A stretch of DNA of 64,000 bases from positions 224,001 to 288,000 of the forward strand of contig JAVJQW010000061.1 of the NCBI GenBank assembly GCA_040218735.1, given 5' to 3'. Within the stretch, counting starts at the first letter, position 1. Each line of letters opens with the position of its first letter. The notes below the pieces were generated by a model. The model had not been told where the DNA came from, did not search any database, and was given only the letters and a program-made list of their open reading frames with translations. Origin of the DNA: Deltaproteobacteria bacterium. GTDB taxonomy: Bacteria > Myxococcota > Kuafuiibacteriia > Kuafuiibacteriales > Kuafuiibacteriaceae. Both the position numbers and the translations under genes were made by a program. This document shows positions 28,491 through 37,710 of the stretch, in pieces.

Positions 28491-31400
28491 TGCCGAACGA
28501 CTGAAGCTCGCCGTTCCGCACCCACCCGATGAACTCCACGCCGTTGACCACGCGGGTCACGGTGCCGTTGCCGGTGACGTCGCCGAAGACGTCGCTCATC
28601 AGCCGGTCGATCTCCTCCTGCGACCACACGTCGGGATCGAAGACGGTCTTGGTCTGCGGACGTGAGCTCGTGGTGCCGACGTTGATCGTCCCGTCCGGGT
28701 TCGCGGTGTACAGCCGGTAGTCGACGACCTCGATGCCCGGGAACCCGGGGACGTCCTGCCGTCCCGTCACGCTTCCCTGTCCCGAGAGCGCAGACGCGAA
28801 GTCGTCGGCGTAGTGCCCGCCGTTGATTCCGCGTGACCGCGTGCCAATCGTCCCGGCGCCGAACATGTGCTGGAACGTCGGGTCGAAGTTCTGCGAGATC
28901 AGCGCGCCGGATTGGAAGTTCGTCGGGTGCGGGACGTAGTCGTTCGCGCGACGTCCGTTTCGGATGATGCCGCCGCGCATCGCGTCGAAGTCGAACAGCT
29001 CACCCGGACGCGCCCCTGAAACGCTCGGACGCGCCACTGCCTGCGCACCCCAGAACGCCATCGACAATCCGAGCTGCGCGCGCTGCGCACCGTCGAGCTC
29101 GTCCCACTGCGTGAGCAGCGTGTGCCCGGCGTCCGCGACCGCGAGACCGTCCGCCACCGACGCGCCGATGTTCAACGCCGACGCCGTCGACGCCGCGAAC
29201 GGCGTCAGCGCGCTGCTCCCGCGCGCGAGGCGCGAAGCGATCGCCGTGGTTCCCGCGCTCGCGAAGCCGAGCGCGTCCGCGCCGAGCGCGAGCCACTCCG
29301 AGCGCGCGCCGGAGTCGGTGAGTGGGTTGATCGACTGGCCGTGCTGATAACGATCGTTGAGCCGGTCCGCCGTGCGGAGCGCGCCATAGAGTGAAGCGCC
29401 GCCCAACACAAACGGCGCCGCGGTCCCGCCGGATCCGACGAGCAACAACCCGCCCGCGATCGTCCCGCCGACGAGCGCCGCGGTGTCGAGGAACTGGAAC
29501 GCACGCTCGCCGAAGGTGTCGACGGTCTCGGGCGTGTTGCGGCTGCCGAGCCGCGGGCGATCTTCGGCGCCCTGCTCCAGGTGACCGTCGACCGGGTAGG
29601 TCATGTACCCCGGCGGGAGTTTGTTGTTGCTCCGCCAGTCGTCGAAGCTGTCGTAGGTGCGTCCGATGTTGTCGACGAAGCGGTCCTCGCCGGTCTCCTC
29701 GTCTTGCACGCGGAAGAGCGGGATCTGCACCTGCCCGGTCGCCTCCGTGGAGTAGAAGATCGGGAGCACCGTGACCTCGGCGTCGTCGCCGCCGACCTCG
29801 CGGATCGCGTCCGTCACGACCTCGACGTCTTCGGAGAACTCACCGTCCGCGTAGAGGCTGTGCTCACCCGCCGCGATCGCCGCTTCGCGGTCCGCGATCT
29901 CCGACTCCGACTCCCCCTCCGGTACGGTCGGCGGGAACCCCATCGCGAACCCGACCGTGTTGTCGAGGTGCGAACCCGAGAGGACCTGCGGCTCGTCGCC
30001 GCGCAGCTCGAGGAAGTCCGTCGCCGCGGGCGCTGCGAGGCGACGCATGACCTCGGGGTGCGACCAACCGTTGCCGTCGTGATCCTCGAGCATCGACGCG
30101 TCGAGGTCTTCGTTCGTGCGGAACAACGCGAGCATCTCCGCGCGCGCGGCCGGCGGCGTGTGCTCACCCGCGAGCAGATCGAGCCCCGCGTCGGTCCCGA
30201 GGATGCCGGCGAACCGCGCGGCCTCCTGATCGCGGCGCACGTGATCGTCGGGGTACCAGTGCTTCGCGAGCGCCTCACCCATGTCCCGGGCGAGCGTCGG
30301 GTTCACGTCGTAGGCGCGCTCGTCCATTTGCTCGAACGCCGCCTGCGTCACCGCCGCGGATCCTTCGGTCGGCTCCCCGATCGCCGCCGCCTCGACGAGC
30401 GCCGCAGCCTGGAACCAGCGGTAGTCACCGGAAGGTCGCCACGGTCCCCCGCTCTCTCCGTTGCTCGGCTCGAGCGCGGTGACGAGGCCGGCCGCGTCCT
30501 CGCCGAGGTCGTCGATCAGCGCGCGCCGCTCCTCGGGCGTCTCCAGCGCTTCCAATGCGCCGATCGCCAACACCGCCGCTTCGTCGCTCGCGCGGAACTC
30601 GTCCGGGAAGTCGCCGCGACGCTCGATCGCCGACTCCGCGAGCGCGCGCGACACGGGCTCGCGAAGCTCTGGGTGATCATCCGCCAGCCACGCGAACTCG
30701 TTGACGCCGTAGTTCAACGACGCGAGCTCGTCGTCGTCGATCCAGCCGTCGACCGCCTGCTCGACGAGGTACTGCTGCTCGGCCTCCGTCAGCTCCCCCA
30801 GCTCGGAGTCACCGAGGAGCGCGTCGGCGAGGTCGGCGCCCGGGACGTTCCCGTCGTACAGGTTCTCTTCGACGTGTTCGCGGATCTCGGTGCGGCGGGC
30901 GGGCGACACCGACGCCGTGCTGTCCGCGTACATCGCGTTCGCGACGAGGTCGAGCTGCGGATCGCCGTGCGCCGCGATCCGCTCGGCGCGCTCTTCGGGC
31001 GGGACCGACAAGACGTCTTGCACCGTCTCCGCCGCCACCGCCGCCGTCTCGACGTACGCCGGTCCGCCGTCCGCGCCGACGCCCTGCGCTTCGATCCATT
31101 CGTCCGTCGTCGCGAAGCTCGCGCCGGTCGTGGGGTCGGTGACTTCTCCGGTCTCGCGGTCGCGCACCAACGCGTGACCGGCGCCGTCCGCGTTGCCGTC
31201 CTCGGCGCTGCGCCGGTCCTCCATGAACACGACGTCGTCCTGCCCGGGGCGGGCCGCTTCGACGGCGTGTTCGAGGCAGTTCTCTTCGCCGTCGTCGAGC
31301 TCCTCCGTCATCAAGGACGTGGCTTCGAGGTCCGACTCGATCCGATCCCGCAACAAGCGCGTGGAGGCGTCGTCGATCGCACGACGCTCTTCCGGGCGCG

Positions 31401-31560
31401 CCTCGGCGTTGACGCGCCTCGGCTCCGGGGCGGTCGTCGCCTCGGCCTCGGGCGCGGGGCTCGTCGTCGGGGCATCGGCAGTCTTGGTCTTCGGCGCGTC
31501 GACCCGCGGCTCCTGCCGCTGGCGAATCTCCTGACGTCGCGTGGCGCTCGTGACGGACAT
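28480..31560 (-). CDS. Polymorphic toxin: papain-like N-domain + DUF4781-like + hydrophobic hairpin + C-terminal EndoU-like RNase
   Basis: ENCL...GHALV...VTDPT; PLFRV...FVDNIGRTYDSFDDWRSNNKLPPG; Gly/Ala-rich TM segments; HMFG...GINGGHY...TKTVFDPDVWS. Confidence 0.78.
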   Translation of the reverse strand: MSVTSATRRQEIRQRQEPRVDAPKTKTADAPTTSPAPEAEATTAPEPRRVNAEARPEERRAIDDASTRLLRDRIESDLEATSLMTEELDDGEENCLEHAVEAARPGQDDVVFMEDRRSAEDGNADGAGHALVRDRETGEVTDPTTGASFATTDEWIEAQGVGADGGPAYVETAAVAAETVQDVLSVPPEERAERIAAHGDPQLDLVANAMYADSTASVSPARRTEIREHVEENLYDGNVPGADLADALLGDSELGELTEAEQQYLVEQAVDGWIDDDELASLNYGVNEFAWLADDHPELREPVSRALAESAIERRGDFPDEFRASDEAAVLAIGALEALETPEERRALIDDLGEDAAGLVTALEPSNGESGGPWRPSGDYRWFQAAALVEAAAIGEPTEGSAAVTQAAFEQMDERAYDVNPTLARDMGEALAKHWYPDDHVRRDQEAARFAGILGTDAGLDLLAGEHTPPAARAEMLALFRTNEDLDASMLEDHDGNGWSHPEVMRRLAAPAATDFLELRGDEPQVLSGSHLDNTVGFAMGFPPTVPEGESESEIADREAAIAAGEHSLYADGEFSEDVEVVTDAIREVGGDDAEVTVLPIFYSTEATGQVQIPLFRVQDEETGEDRFVDNIGRTYDSFDDWRSNNKLPPGYMTYPVDGHLEQGAEDRPRLGSRNTPETVDTFGERAFQFLDTAALVGGTIAGGLLLVGSGGTAAPFVLGGASLYGALRTADRLNDRYQHGQSINPLTDSGARSEWLALGADALGFASAGTTAIASRLARGSSALTPFAASTASALNIGASVADGLAVADAGHTLLTQWDELDGAQRAQLGLSMAFWGAQAVARPSVSGARPGELFDFDAMRGGIIRNGRRANDYVPHPTNFQSGALISQNFDPTFQHMFGAGTIGTRSRGINGGHYADDFASALSGQGSVTGRQDVPGFPGIEVVDYRLYTANPDGTINVGTTSSRPQTKTVFDPDVWSQEEIDRLMSDVFGDVTGNGTVTRVVNGVEFIGWVRNGELQSFGINQ

Positions 31561-31627
31561 GGTCCGACCATCATGAGCTTTCAGGCTCGGCCGTTTGATT
31601 ACTCGGCGATTTCACCGCCGCGGTGCG

Positions 31628-33961
31628 TCAGACCTTGTTCGCGACGAGCAGCCCGATCCCCGCTCCGAGCGCCAGGAGGCTCAGGACGAGGAAGATCAGC
31701 ATCCCGACGCTGACCTGGACCCCGGACTTCTTCTCGAGGTGCGGCGGCGGCGGCAGCGTGGAGAGCCCTGCGCTCCCCAGGGGATCGACGTGCTCGGCGG
31801 CGTGCGGCAGGTCCGAAGAGACGTGCGACGACGCCCGCGCCGCAGCCAGACCCGGCGACGACGGGGCGGGGTCGGCCGCGAGCGCGCGCAGCGACTCCGG
31901 CGAGAGCGAGCCCCCGGCCGGCGGCGGCGGGAGCAGATCGGAGGAGACCCGCCCGTTGGTCGGCGCCGGCTTCAGCGCGAGCTCCGGGGCCTCCGGCGGA
32001 TCGGACTCCAGCGGCGACTCCCCGTTCGCGGTCTCGACCGCGTCCATCGGCGCCTCTTCGAACGCCTGCGGAGGGAGCGGCGAGGCTTCGTCGCTGGGCC
32101 GGTCGAGCTCGTCGACCGGGAGCAAGGGCGTCGACGCGTCGGCGGCGCCGGACGCGAGCGTCGGCCGATCCTCGATCCCCATCGACGGCGGACGCGGCGG
32201 CGGAGGAGGCGTCCGCGGCGGCGCGCGCGACGGGAGCGGCGGCTCGGCGACGGGGTCGTACGTCGTCCCGAACTTCGGGAGCGGCGTTCGGGTGTCGTCG
32301 ACCTCCATGTCGAGCGACGGCGCACGCGGCACCGGGCGACCGCGGCTCTCGTAGCGCATGTCGAGCGAGGGCGCGCGGGGGATCGGGCGCAGGCTCTTCG
32401 TCGCGGCGCGCGCGCGAGCGGCCGGGGGCGAAGGTTCGTCCCACGGACCGCTCATGCTGTCGTCGTCACCGTGGAGGGATCGCAGGCGCTGCAGCGCCGG
32501 GCCCTCCGGCATGCCGACGGTCAGCTCGTCTTCGAACTCGGCGACATCGTCCTCGAGCGCGTTCTGCAGCTCCTGCCCGAAGCGCTCCGCGAACTCCGGC
32601 GGCAGGTAGCCGATCGTCGCGTCCTCTTCGGAGAGCATCGACAACAGCTCGTCGTCGGGGACGGCCATCGCGGTGCTGTCGTCCCAGCCCGACACGATGC
32701 GCTCCTCGGGGACCGCCGGCGACTCGTCGAAGGCGACCTCGAACTGCGGCTCGTCGTCCTCCTGCCCCTCGATGATCTCGAAGTCGTCGGGCACCGGTGC
32801 CGCTTCGGAGAACGAACGGTCCGTGCGCGCCGGGACGGACAGCTCGATCTCCTCCTCACCGGGCGATGCGGGCGTGGTGTCGTTGAAGAGGCCGAGCGGA
32901 TCGGGGTCCGTCACGCCGCCCGGGATGACCGGGAGGTGTTTGGGGTTGAGGACGGAGCCGCCGAGGGTCTTCGCGAGGTGCGGGAGGTCCGGCTTGCCGG
33001 CCATCGCGGCGCGCAGCGCAAACGCGCGCTCGACGATCTCGTCGCCGTAGATCGCGGCGAACTCGCGCGAGATGATCTGCGAGTCGATGTCGACGCCGGC
33101 GCGGCGGATCAGATCCTCGATCTCGTTCTTCATCTCCAGCGCGGAGGAGTAACGGCGCCGCGGCGAGCGCTGCAGCGCCTTCATGACGATCGGATCGACG
33201 ATCGGCGTGAGGCCGGGGACGACCTTGCTCGGCGGCTCGATCTTCTGCTCGCGGATCGCGGTCAGGACCTCCATCGGCGTGGAGCCGCGGAAGAGGTCGC
33301 GCCCGGTGAGCGCCTCCCACAGGACGATGCCGGTGCCGAAGATGTCGCTGCGGCGGTCGACCTTCTTGCCGAGCGCTTGCTCGGGCGACATGTACGAGAA
33401 CTTGCCTTTGACGATGCCGGCCTGGGTCTCCCAGCCGCGGTTCGTCGCCTTGGCGATGCCGAAGTCGGTGAGCTTCGGGACGCCGTTGAAGCCGATGAGG
33501 ATGTTCTGCGGGGTGACGTCGCGGTGGACGAGGCCCATCGGCTTGCCGGTCTCGTCGTCGAGGAGCTCGTGGGCGTAGTGCAGCGCGTCGCAGACCGTCG
33601 CGGTGATGCGGAGGAGGACGCCGACCGTCAGTGGTTTCTTCGCGCGCGCCGAGGCGCGGAGGACCTGCGCGAGGCTGGCCCCGAACACGTACTCCATCGC
33701 GAGGCAGTGGATGCCGTCCACGGCGCCGAAGCCGGCGATGGCGACGACGTTGTTGTGCTGCAGCTTCCCGGCGATCCGCGCCTCGGTGAAGAACATGTTG
33801 AGGAAGTCCTCGTTCGACGCGAGCGACGGCAGGAGGATCTTCAGGGCGAGGAGGCGCCCGGGCGGCGGGGCATCGAGGTCGCGAACCAAGAAGACGTTCG
33901 CGGCCCCGCCTGATGCCAGCCGGATCAAAAGCTCATGTTTTCCGAGCCGGATCGTGGACAA
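31628..33961 (-). CDS. Ser/Thr protein kinase with long acidic/Pro-rich linker and C-terminal TM
   Basis: LASGGAA, LALK, HRDVTPQN, TDFG, KGKFSYMSPEQ; TTG start. Confidence 0.9.
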   Translation of the reverse strand: MSTIRLGKHELLIRLASGGAANVFLVRDLDAPPPGRLLALKILLPSLASNEDFLNMFFTEARIAGKLQHNNVVAIAGFGAVDGIHCLAMEYVFGASLAQVLRASARAKKPLTVGVLLRITATVCDALHYAHELLDDETGKPMGLVHRDVTPQNILIGFNGVPKLTDFGIAKATNRGWETQAGIVKGKFSYMSPEQALGKKVDRRSDIFGTGIVLWEALTGRDLFRGSTPMEVLTAIREQKIEPPSKVVPGLTPIVDPIVMKALQRSPRRRYSSALEMKNEIEDLIRRAGVDIDSQIISREFAAIYGDEIVERAFALRAAMAGKPDLPHLAKTLGGSVLNPKHLPVIPGGVTDPDPLGLFNDTTPASPGEEEIELSVPARTDRSFSEAAPVPDDFEIIEGQEDDEPQFEVAFDESPAVPEERIVSGWDDSTAMAVPDDELLSMLSEEDATIGYLPPEFAERFGQELQNALEDDVAEFEDELTVGMPEGPALQRLRSLHGDDDSMSGPWDEPSPPAARARAATKSLRPIPRAPSLDMRYESRGRPVPRAPSLDMEVDDTRTPLPKFGTTYDPVAEPPLPSRAPPRTPPPPPRPPSMGIEDRPTLASGAADASTPLLPVDELDRPSDEASPLPPQAFEEAPMDAVETANGESPLESDPPEAPELALKPAPTNGRVSSDLLPPPPAGGSLSPESLRALAADPAPSSPGLAAARASSHVSSDLPHAAEHVDPLGSAGLSTLPPPPHLEKKSGVQVSVGMLIFLVLSLLALGAGIGLLVANKV

Positions 33962-34164
33962 AGCTGAGGCTGGACCTTAACGCCGATCGACGCGCCGCGG
34001 AAGTTTACGACGGCGGACCGTCGCCGCGCCGGACACAAACGATATCGACGGGTTGCGCGGAGGGCGGGTTTGGCGAGGGGATCGGGACGGACGTCGCGGA
34101 GCCCGCGCCGTCGCGGGGTCCGAGGCGCTGGGACGTCATGCTACATTCGCGGGCGCACCTTTCG

Positions 34165-34896
34165 ATGGCGTACGCGATCCCCGGATTCGTGCTCGCGGTG
34201 GCGGTCGTGATGATCGTCGTGGAGCTGATCGTGCCGGGCCGGTCGTTCCCGAAGGTGGCAAGCTGGTGGACCCGCGCGCTGGCCCTCAACGCGGTGCAGG
34301 CCGGGTCGGTGTTCCTCGCGGCGCTGACGTACGACGCGTGGTTCTCCGAGCTGCGCCCGTGGAGCGCGGAGGCGCTCGGCGTCACGGGGGGCGCGGTGCT
34401 CGGCTACGTGGTGCACACGTTCGTCTACTACTGGTGGCACCGGTGGCGGCACGAGGTCGACTTCCTGTGGCGGTGGGTCCACCAGGTGCACCACAGCCCG
34501 GCGCGCATCGAGATCATCACGAGCTTCTACAAACACCCGATCGAGATCTTGGTGAACGGGGTGCTGTCGAGCGTGGTGCTCTACGTCGTCGTCGGCCTGA
34601 CGCCGCAGCAGGCGGCGTACACGATGTTGCTCAACGGGCTCGCCGAGCTGCTCTACCACTGGAACGTGAAGACGCCGCACTGGCTGGGCTACGTGATCCA
34701 GCGACCGGAGAGCCACTGCGTGCATCACCAAGAGGGGCTGCACAAGTACAACTACGCGGACCTGCCGATCTTCGACATGATGTTCGGGACGTTCCGCAAC
34801 CCGAAGCAGTGGGACGCGCGCTGCGGGTTCGCTGACGACAAAGAGCTCGAGCTGGGCGCGATGCTCGCGGGCCGCGACGTCGTGGGCGACACGTGA
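34165..34896 (+). CDS. Sterol desaturase/fatty acid hydroxylase family protein
   Basis: His boxes YWWHRWRH, HQVHHS, YHWN, HCVHH; NYADLP. Confidence 0.9.
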   Translation: MAYAIPGFVLAVAVVMIVVELIVPGRSFPKVASWWTRALALNAVQAGSVFLAALTYDAWFSELRPWSAEALGVTGGAVLGYVVHTFVYYWWHRWRHEVDFLWRWVHQVHHSPARIEIITSFYKHPIEILVNGVLSSVVLYVVVGLTPQQAAYTMLLNGLAELLYHWNVKTPHWLGYVIQRPESHCVHHQEGLHKYNYADLPIFDMMFGTFRNPKQWDARCGFADDKELELGAMLAGRDVVGDT

Positions 34897-35381
34897 GCCG
34901 CGCCGCGGCGTGGGCCCTCGCGGTGTTCGGCACCGTGCACATGGTCGGGCACCTCGTCGACAGCACGCCGATCAAGGGGCTCGCCGCCGCGACCGCGGCG
35001 TCGCCGGCACCGAAGGTGTTCTCGTCGGTGCAGGGGTTGGAAACTTACTCCACTGCGTTCGTCCTCGAGTGGTCCGACCCGGTGGGGAAGCGACGGAGCC
35101 TGCCGATCACGCGCGCTATCTACGCGCGCGTCGAAGGGCCCTACAACCGGCGCAACGTGTACGGCGCGGTGCTGGCGTTCGGGCCGGTGTTGGTGACGAG
35201 CGATGCGGCGCGACCGATGTACGAGTCGGTGCTGCGCTACGCGGCGTGCGGTGAGCGGCCGTTGCTCGCGGAGCTGGGGTTGGACGTGGACGCCGTGCGG
35301 GATCCGGTGGTGATTCGCGTCGTGCCGCCCGAGGGGGTCGAGCTGAGTTTGCCCCTGGCGCTGGAGGCGCCGTGTCGATGA
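34893..35381 (+). CDS. Hypothetical membrane-anchored protein in desaturase-HTTM operon
   Basis: GTGA and ATGA overlaps with both neighbours; motifs ASPAPKVF and GPYNRRNVYGA. Confidence 0.75.
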   Translation: MSRAAAWALAVFGTVHMVGHLVDSTPIKGLAAATAASPAPKVFSSVQGLETYSTAFVLEWSDPVGKRRSLPITRAIYARVEGPYNRRNVYGAVLAFGPVLVTSDAARPMYESVLRYAACGERPLLAELGLDVDAVRDPVVIRVVPPEGVELSLPLALEAPCR

Positions 35382-36619
35382 AGCCGGCGATCACGGGCGG
35401 GCAGTACAGCTTCGTGCGCGGGTGTTTCGGCGCGTACTTGTTCATTCACCTCGTGATGCTCGCGCCGTACGCGCCCGAGCTGTTCTCGAGCGCCGGTGTG
35501 ATCGGTTCGGGGCGGGACTCGCCTTTCCTGCTGCTCTTTCCGAACGTCTTCGCGCTGTACGACGCACCGTGGTTCACGGTGGTGTTCGTGCTGTTCGGTG
35601 CGGCGTGCGCGGTGCCTTTCGGGCTCGGGTATCGGGACCGTTGGTTCGGGTTGGTGATCTATTACGTGTGGGCGTGTCTGTTCGGACGGAACCCATTCAT
35701 CAGCAACCCCGGGATCCCGTACGTGGGTTGGTTGTTGATCATGCAGGCGTTCGTTCCGCGTGCGCCCTACGGTTCGTGGGAGGCGCGGGGGCGGCCAGAC
35801 CCGCGCGGGGACTGGGTGTTTCCGACGGCGTTGTTCATCGCGACGTGGTGGGTCATGGCCGCGGGTTACAGCTTCAGTGGGTACACGAAGTTGATTTCGC
35901 CGTCGTGGATCGACGGGACCGCGGTCTCGTACGTCTTGTCGAACCCACTCGCGCGACCGTGGGTGCTCCCGGATCTGGTGTTGATGCTCCCGAACGTCGT
36001 GCTCCGTGGGATGACTTGGTTCGTCCTGGGTTTGGAGTTGCTCTACTTACCGCTCGCGTTGTTCCGTCGGGTGCGTCCGTGGATCTGGGTTGCGATGGTT
36101 GGGATGCACCTGGGTTTGATCCTGATGATCGACTTCGCGGATCTGACCTTCGGGATGTTGATGTTGCATCTGTTCACCTTCGATCCTGCGTGGGTTCCGG
36201 GGGTGGCGCCGGGTCGAACGGACACGGTGTTCTACGACGGGCACTGCGGACTCTGTCATCGTTCGGTGCGGTTCATCCTGGCGGAGGATCGGTCGGGGGC
36301 AGCATTCGAGTTCGCGATCAACGGCGGGCCCGTCTTCTTGGAGCGCCTGGACGATGCGACGCGGCGTTGGGTTCCGGACAGCGTGGTGGTGCTGACGGGC
36401 GACGGTCGGGTGTTGGTGCGCTCGGCGGCGTTCCTGGAGATCCTCGGCCGGCTCGGAGGGTGGTGGCGCGTGGTGGGTTGGCTGCTTCGACCGATCCCGC
36501 GCGTGGTCATGGACACCGCGTACGACGTGGTCGCCCGCGTCCGCCATCGCATCTTCGCGACGCCCGCGGACGTGTGCCCGATCGTCCCGCCCGAGCTAGG
36601 CCGCCGGTTCCTAGACTGA
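35378..36619 (+). CDS. HTTM-like membrane domain fused to DCC1-like thiol-disulfide oxidoreductase
   Basis: Multi-TM region with YSFSGYTKL...WIDG and MHLGL; C-terminal FYDGHCGLC and YDVVARVRHRIF...C. Confidence 0.82.
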   Translation: MKPAITGGQYSFVRGCFGAYLFIHLVMLAPYAPELFSSAGVIGSGRDSPFLLLFPNVFALYDAPWFTVVFVLFGAACAVPFGLGYRDRWFGLVIYYVWACLFGRNPFISNPGIPYVGWLLIMQAFVPRAPYGSWEARGRPDPRGDWVFPTALFIATWWVMAAGYSFSGYTKLISPSWIDGTAVSYVLSNPLARPWVLPDLVLMLPNVVLRGMTWFVLGLELLYLPLALFRRVRPWIWVAMVGMHLGLILMIDFADLTFGMLMLHLFTFDPAWVPGVAPGRTDTVFYDGHCGLCHRSVRFILAEDRSGAAFEFAINGGPVFLERLDDATRRWVPDSVVVLTGDGRVLVRSAAFLEILGRLGGWWRVVGWLLRPIPRVVMDTAYDVVARVRHRIFATPADVCPIVPPELGRRFLD

Positions 36620-36693
36620 GGCCCGGCGCGGAGCGGCGGGTCCGAAGACTGTGCCGAGCGCTCCCGCGGAGCGGGAGTGCGTTAGCGGCCTGG
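36611..36693 (+). mobile_element. Double-hairpin REP/MITE-like element, copy 3 (right end diverged)
   Basis: CTAGACTGAGGCC...GTCCGAAGACTGTGCC...GTTAGCGGCCTGG; contains the TGA stop of the upstream gene. Confidence 0.7.
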
Positions 36694-36696
36694 CGG

Positions 36697-37700
36697 TCGG
36701 ATAGCCGGGCGGGGAGTGCCCAGGTCCGGCTTCGCTTTTGGCGGCGGCCGGGGACGCTCTTCCGGTCAGAAGCCGTTCGTCTCGCCGGGTGTGGCCCCTC
36801 GGCTTCGCTGATTACCGCGGTGGGCGAGCCGAACTGATTCCCTCCAGAGCGTCCCCGTCCGCCGCCAGCGCTCCGCGTGTCGAGTTGCCATCGATTGGCC
36901 ATCCGATGAGGTGGGTGACCCGTGGAGCTTCGTTCCAGCGTTCGTAGTCGTTCGACACGTTGCCCAGGTGATCGCTCCGCTACGTCGGCGGGCACGCCGA
37001 CCTCGGTTCGGCGAGGTGGGCCATCGATCGACACGGAGACCCATCGCCATCGATCGGCAAGGCGCGTTGCAAACGGCGGAGCGGCTCGGCTTTCGGAATC
37101 GGCGCGCCCGCCGCCTGCGCTCCGCTATTCGCGTTGCCTGATCCCAGCGCGTCCTCGATCGCAATCTCGTGCTAGCACGAAGTCGTACAGGTATCGGCTA
37201 CTGCGGTTTGTGGGACTTCACATCAGCACGAGATCGCGCCGACGCACGCGCTGGGTTGGGCGACGCGCGTAGCGGAGCGCAGACATCGGGCGCGGCGATT
37301 CCGACAGCCGGACCGTACCGCCGAGGCACCCGGGTACTGCCGAGCTCCGCAACGCGATCCCCGCGCCGGACGGTCGCAAAGCAAGCCGAACCGAGGTCGC
37401 CGCGCCCGATGTCGGAGCGGAGCGATCCCCTGGGCAACGCGTCGAACGAGCACAAACGGTGGAACGAAGCGCCCCGGGTCACCCATCTCATCGGATGGCC
37501 GATCGATGGCAACGCGACACGCGGAGCGATGGCGGCGGGCGGGGACGCTCTGGAGGGAATCAGTTCGGCTCGCCCGCCTCGGCCGTCAGCGAAGCCGAGG
37601 GGCCCCACCCGGCGAGACGAACGGCTTCTGACCGGAAGAGCGTCCCCGGCCGACGCCAAAAGCGAAGCCGGACCTGGGCACTCCCCCAGCGGCTATCCGA
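36697..37700. repeat. ~1 kb imperfect palindrome (two inverted ~500-bp units) centred near 37199
   Basis: 36697-37012 pairs with 37385-37700; 37087-37184 pairs with 37214-37310; same symmetry axis. Confidence 0.92.
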
Positions 37701-37710
37701 AACACCGCAA

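Noticed and set aside
23446-36693. 82-bp elements as integron attC sites or tRNA fragments
   Set aside because: No RYYYAAC...GTTRRRY box pair, mixed orientations, no integrase, no cloverleaf/T-loop
36738-37659. Mirror-image ORFs MAAAGDALPVRS / MASAGDALPVRS in the palindrome arms
   Set aside because: By-products of the inverted repeat; different lengths, no codon bias, no recognisable domain
36697-37700. Autonomous IS/transposon with long terminal inverted repeats
   Set aside because: No transposase ORF inside, and the symmetry continues to the centre
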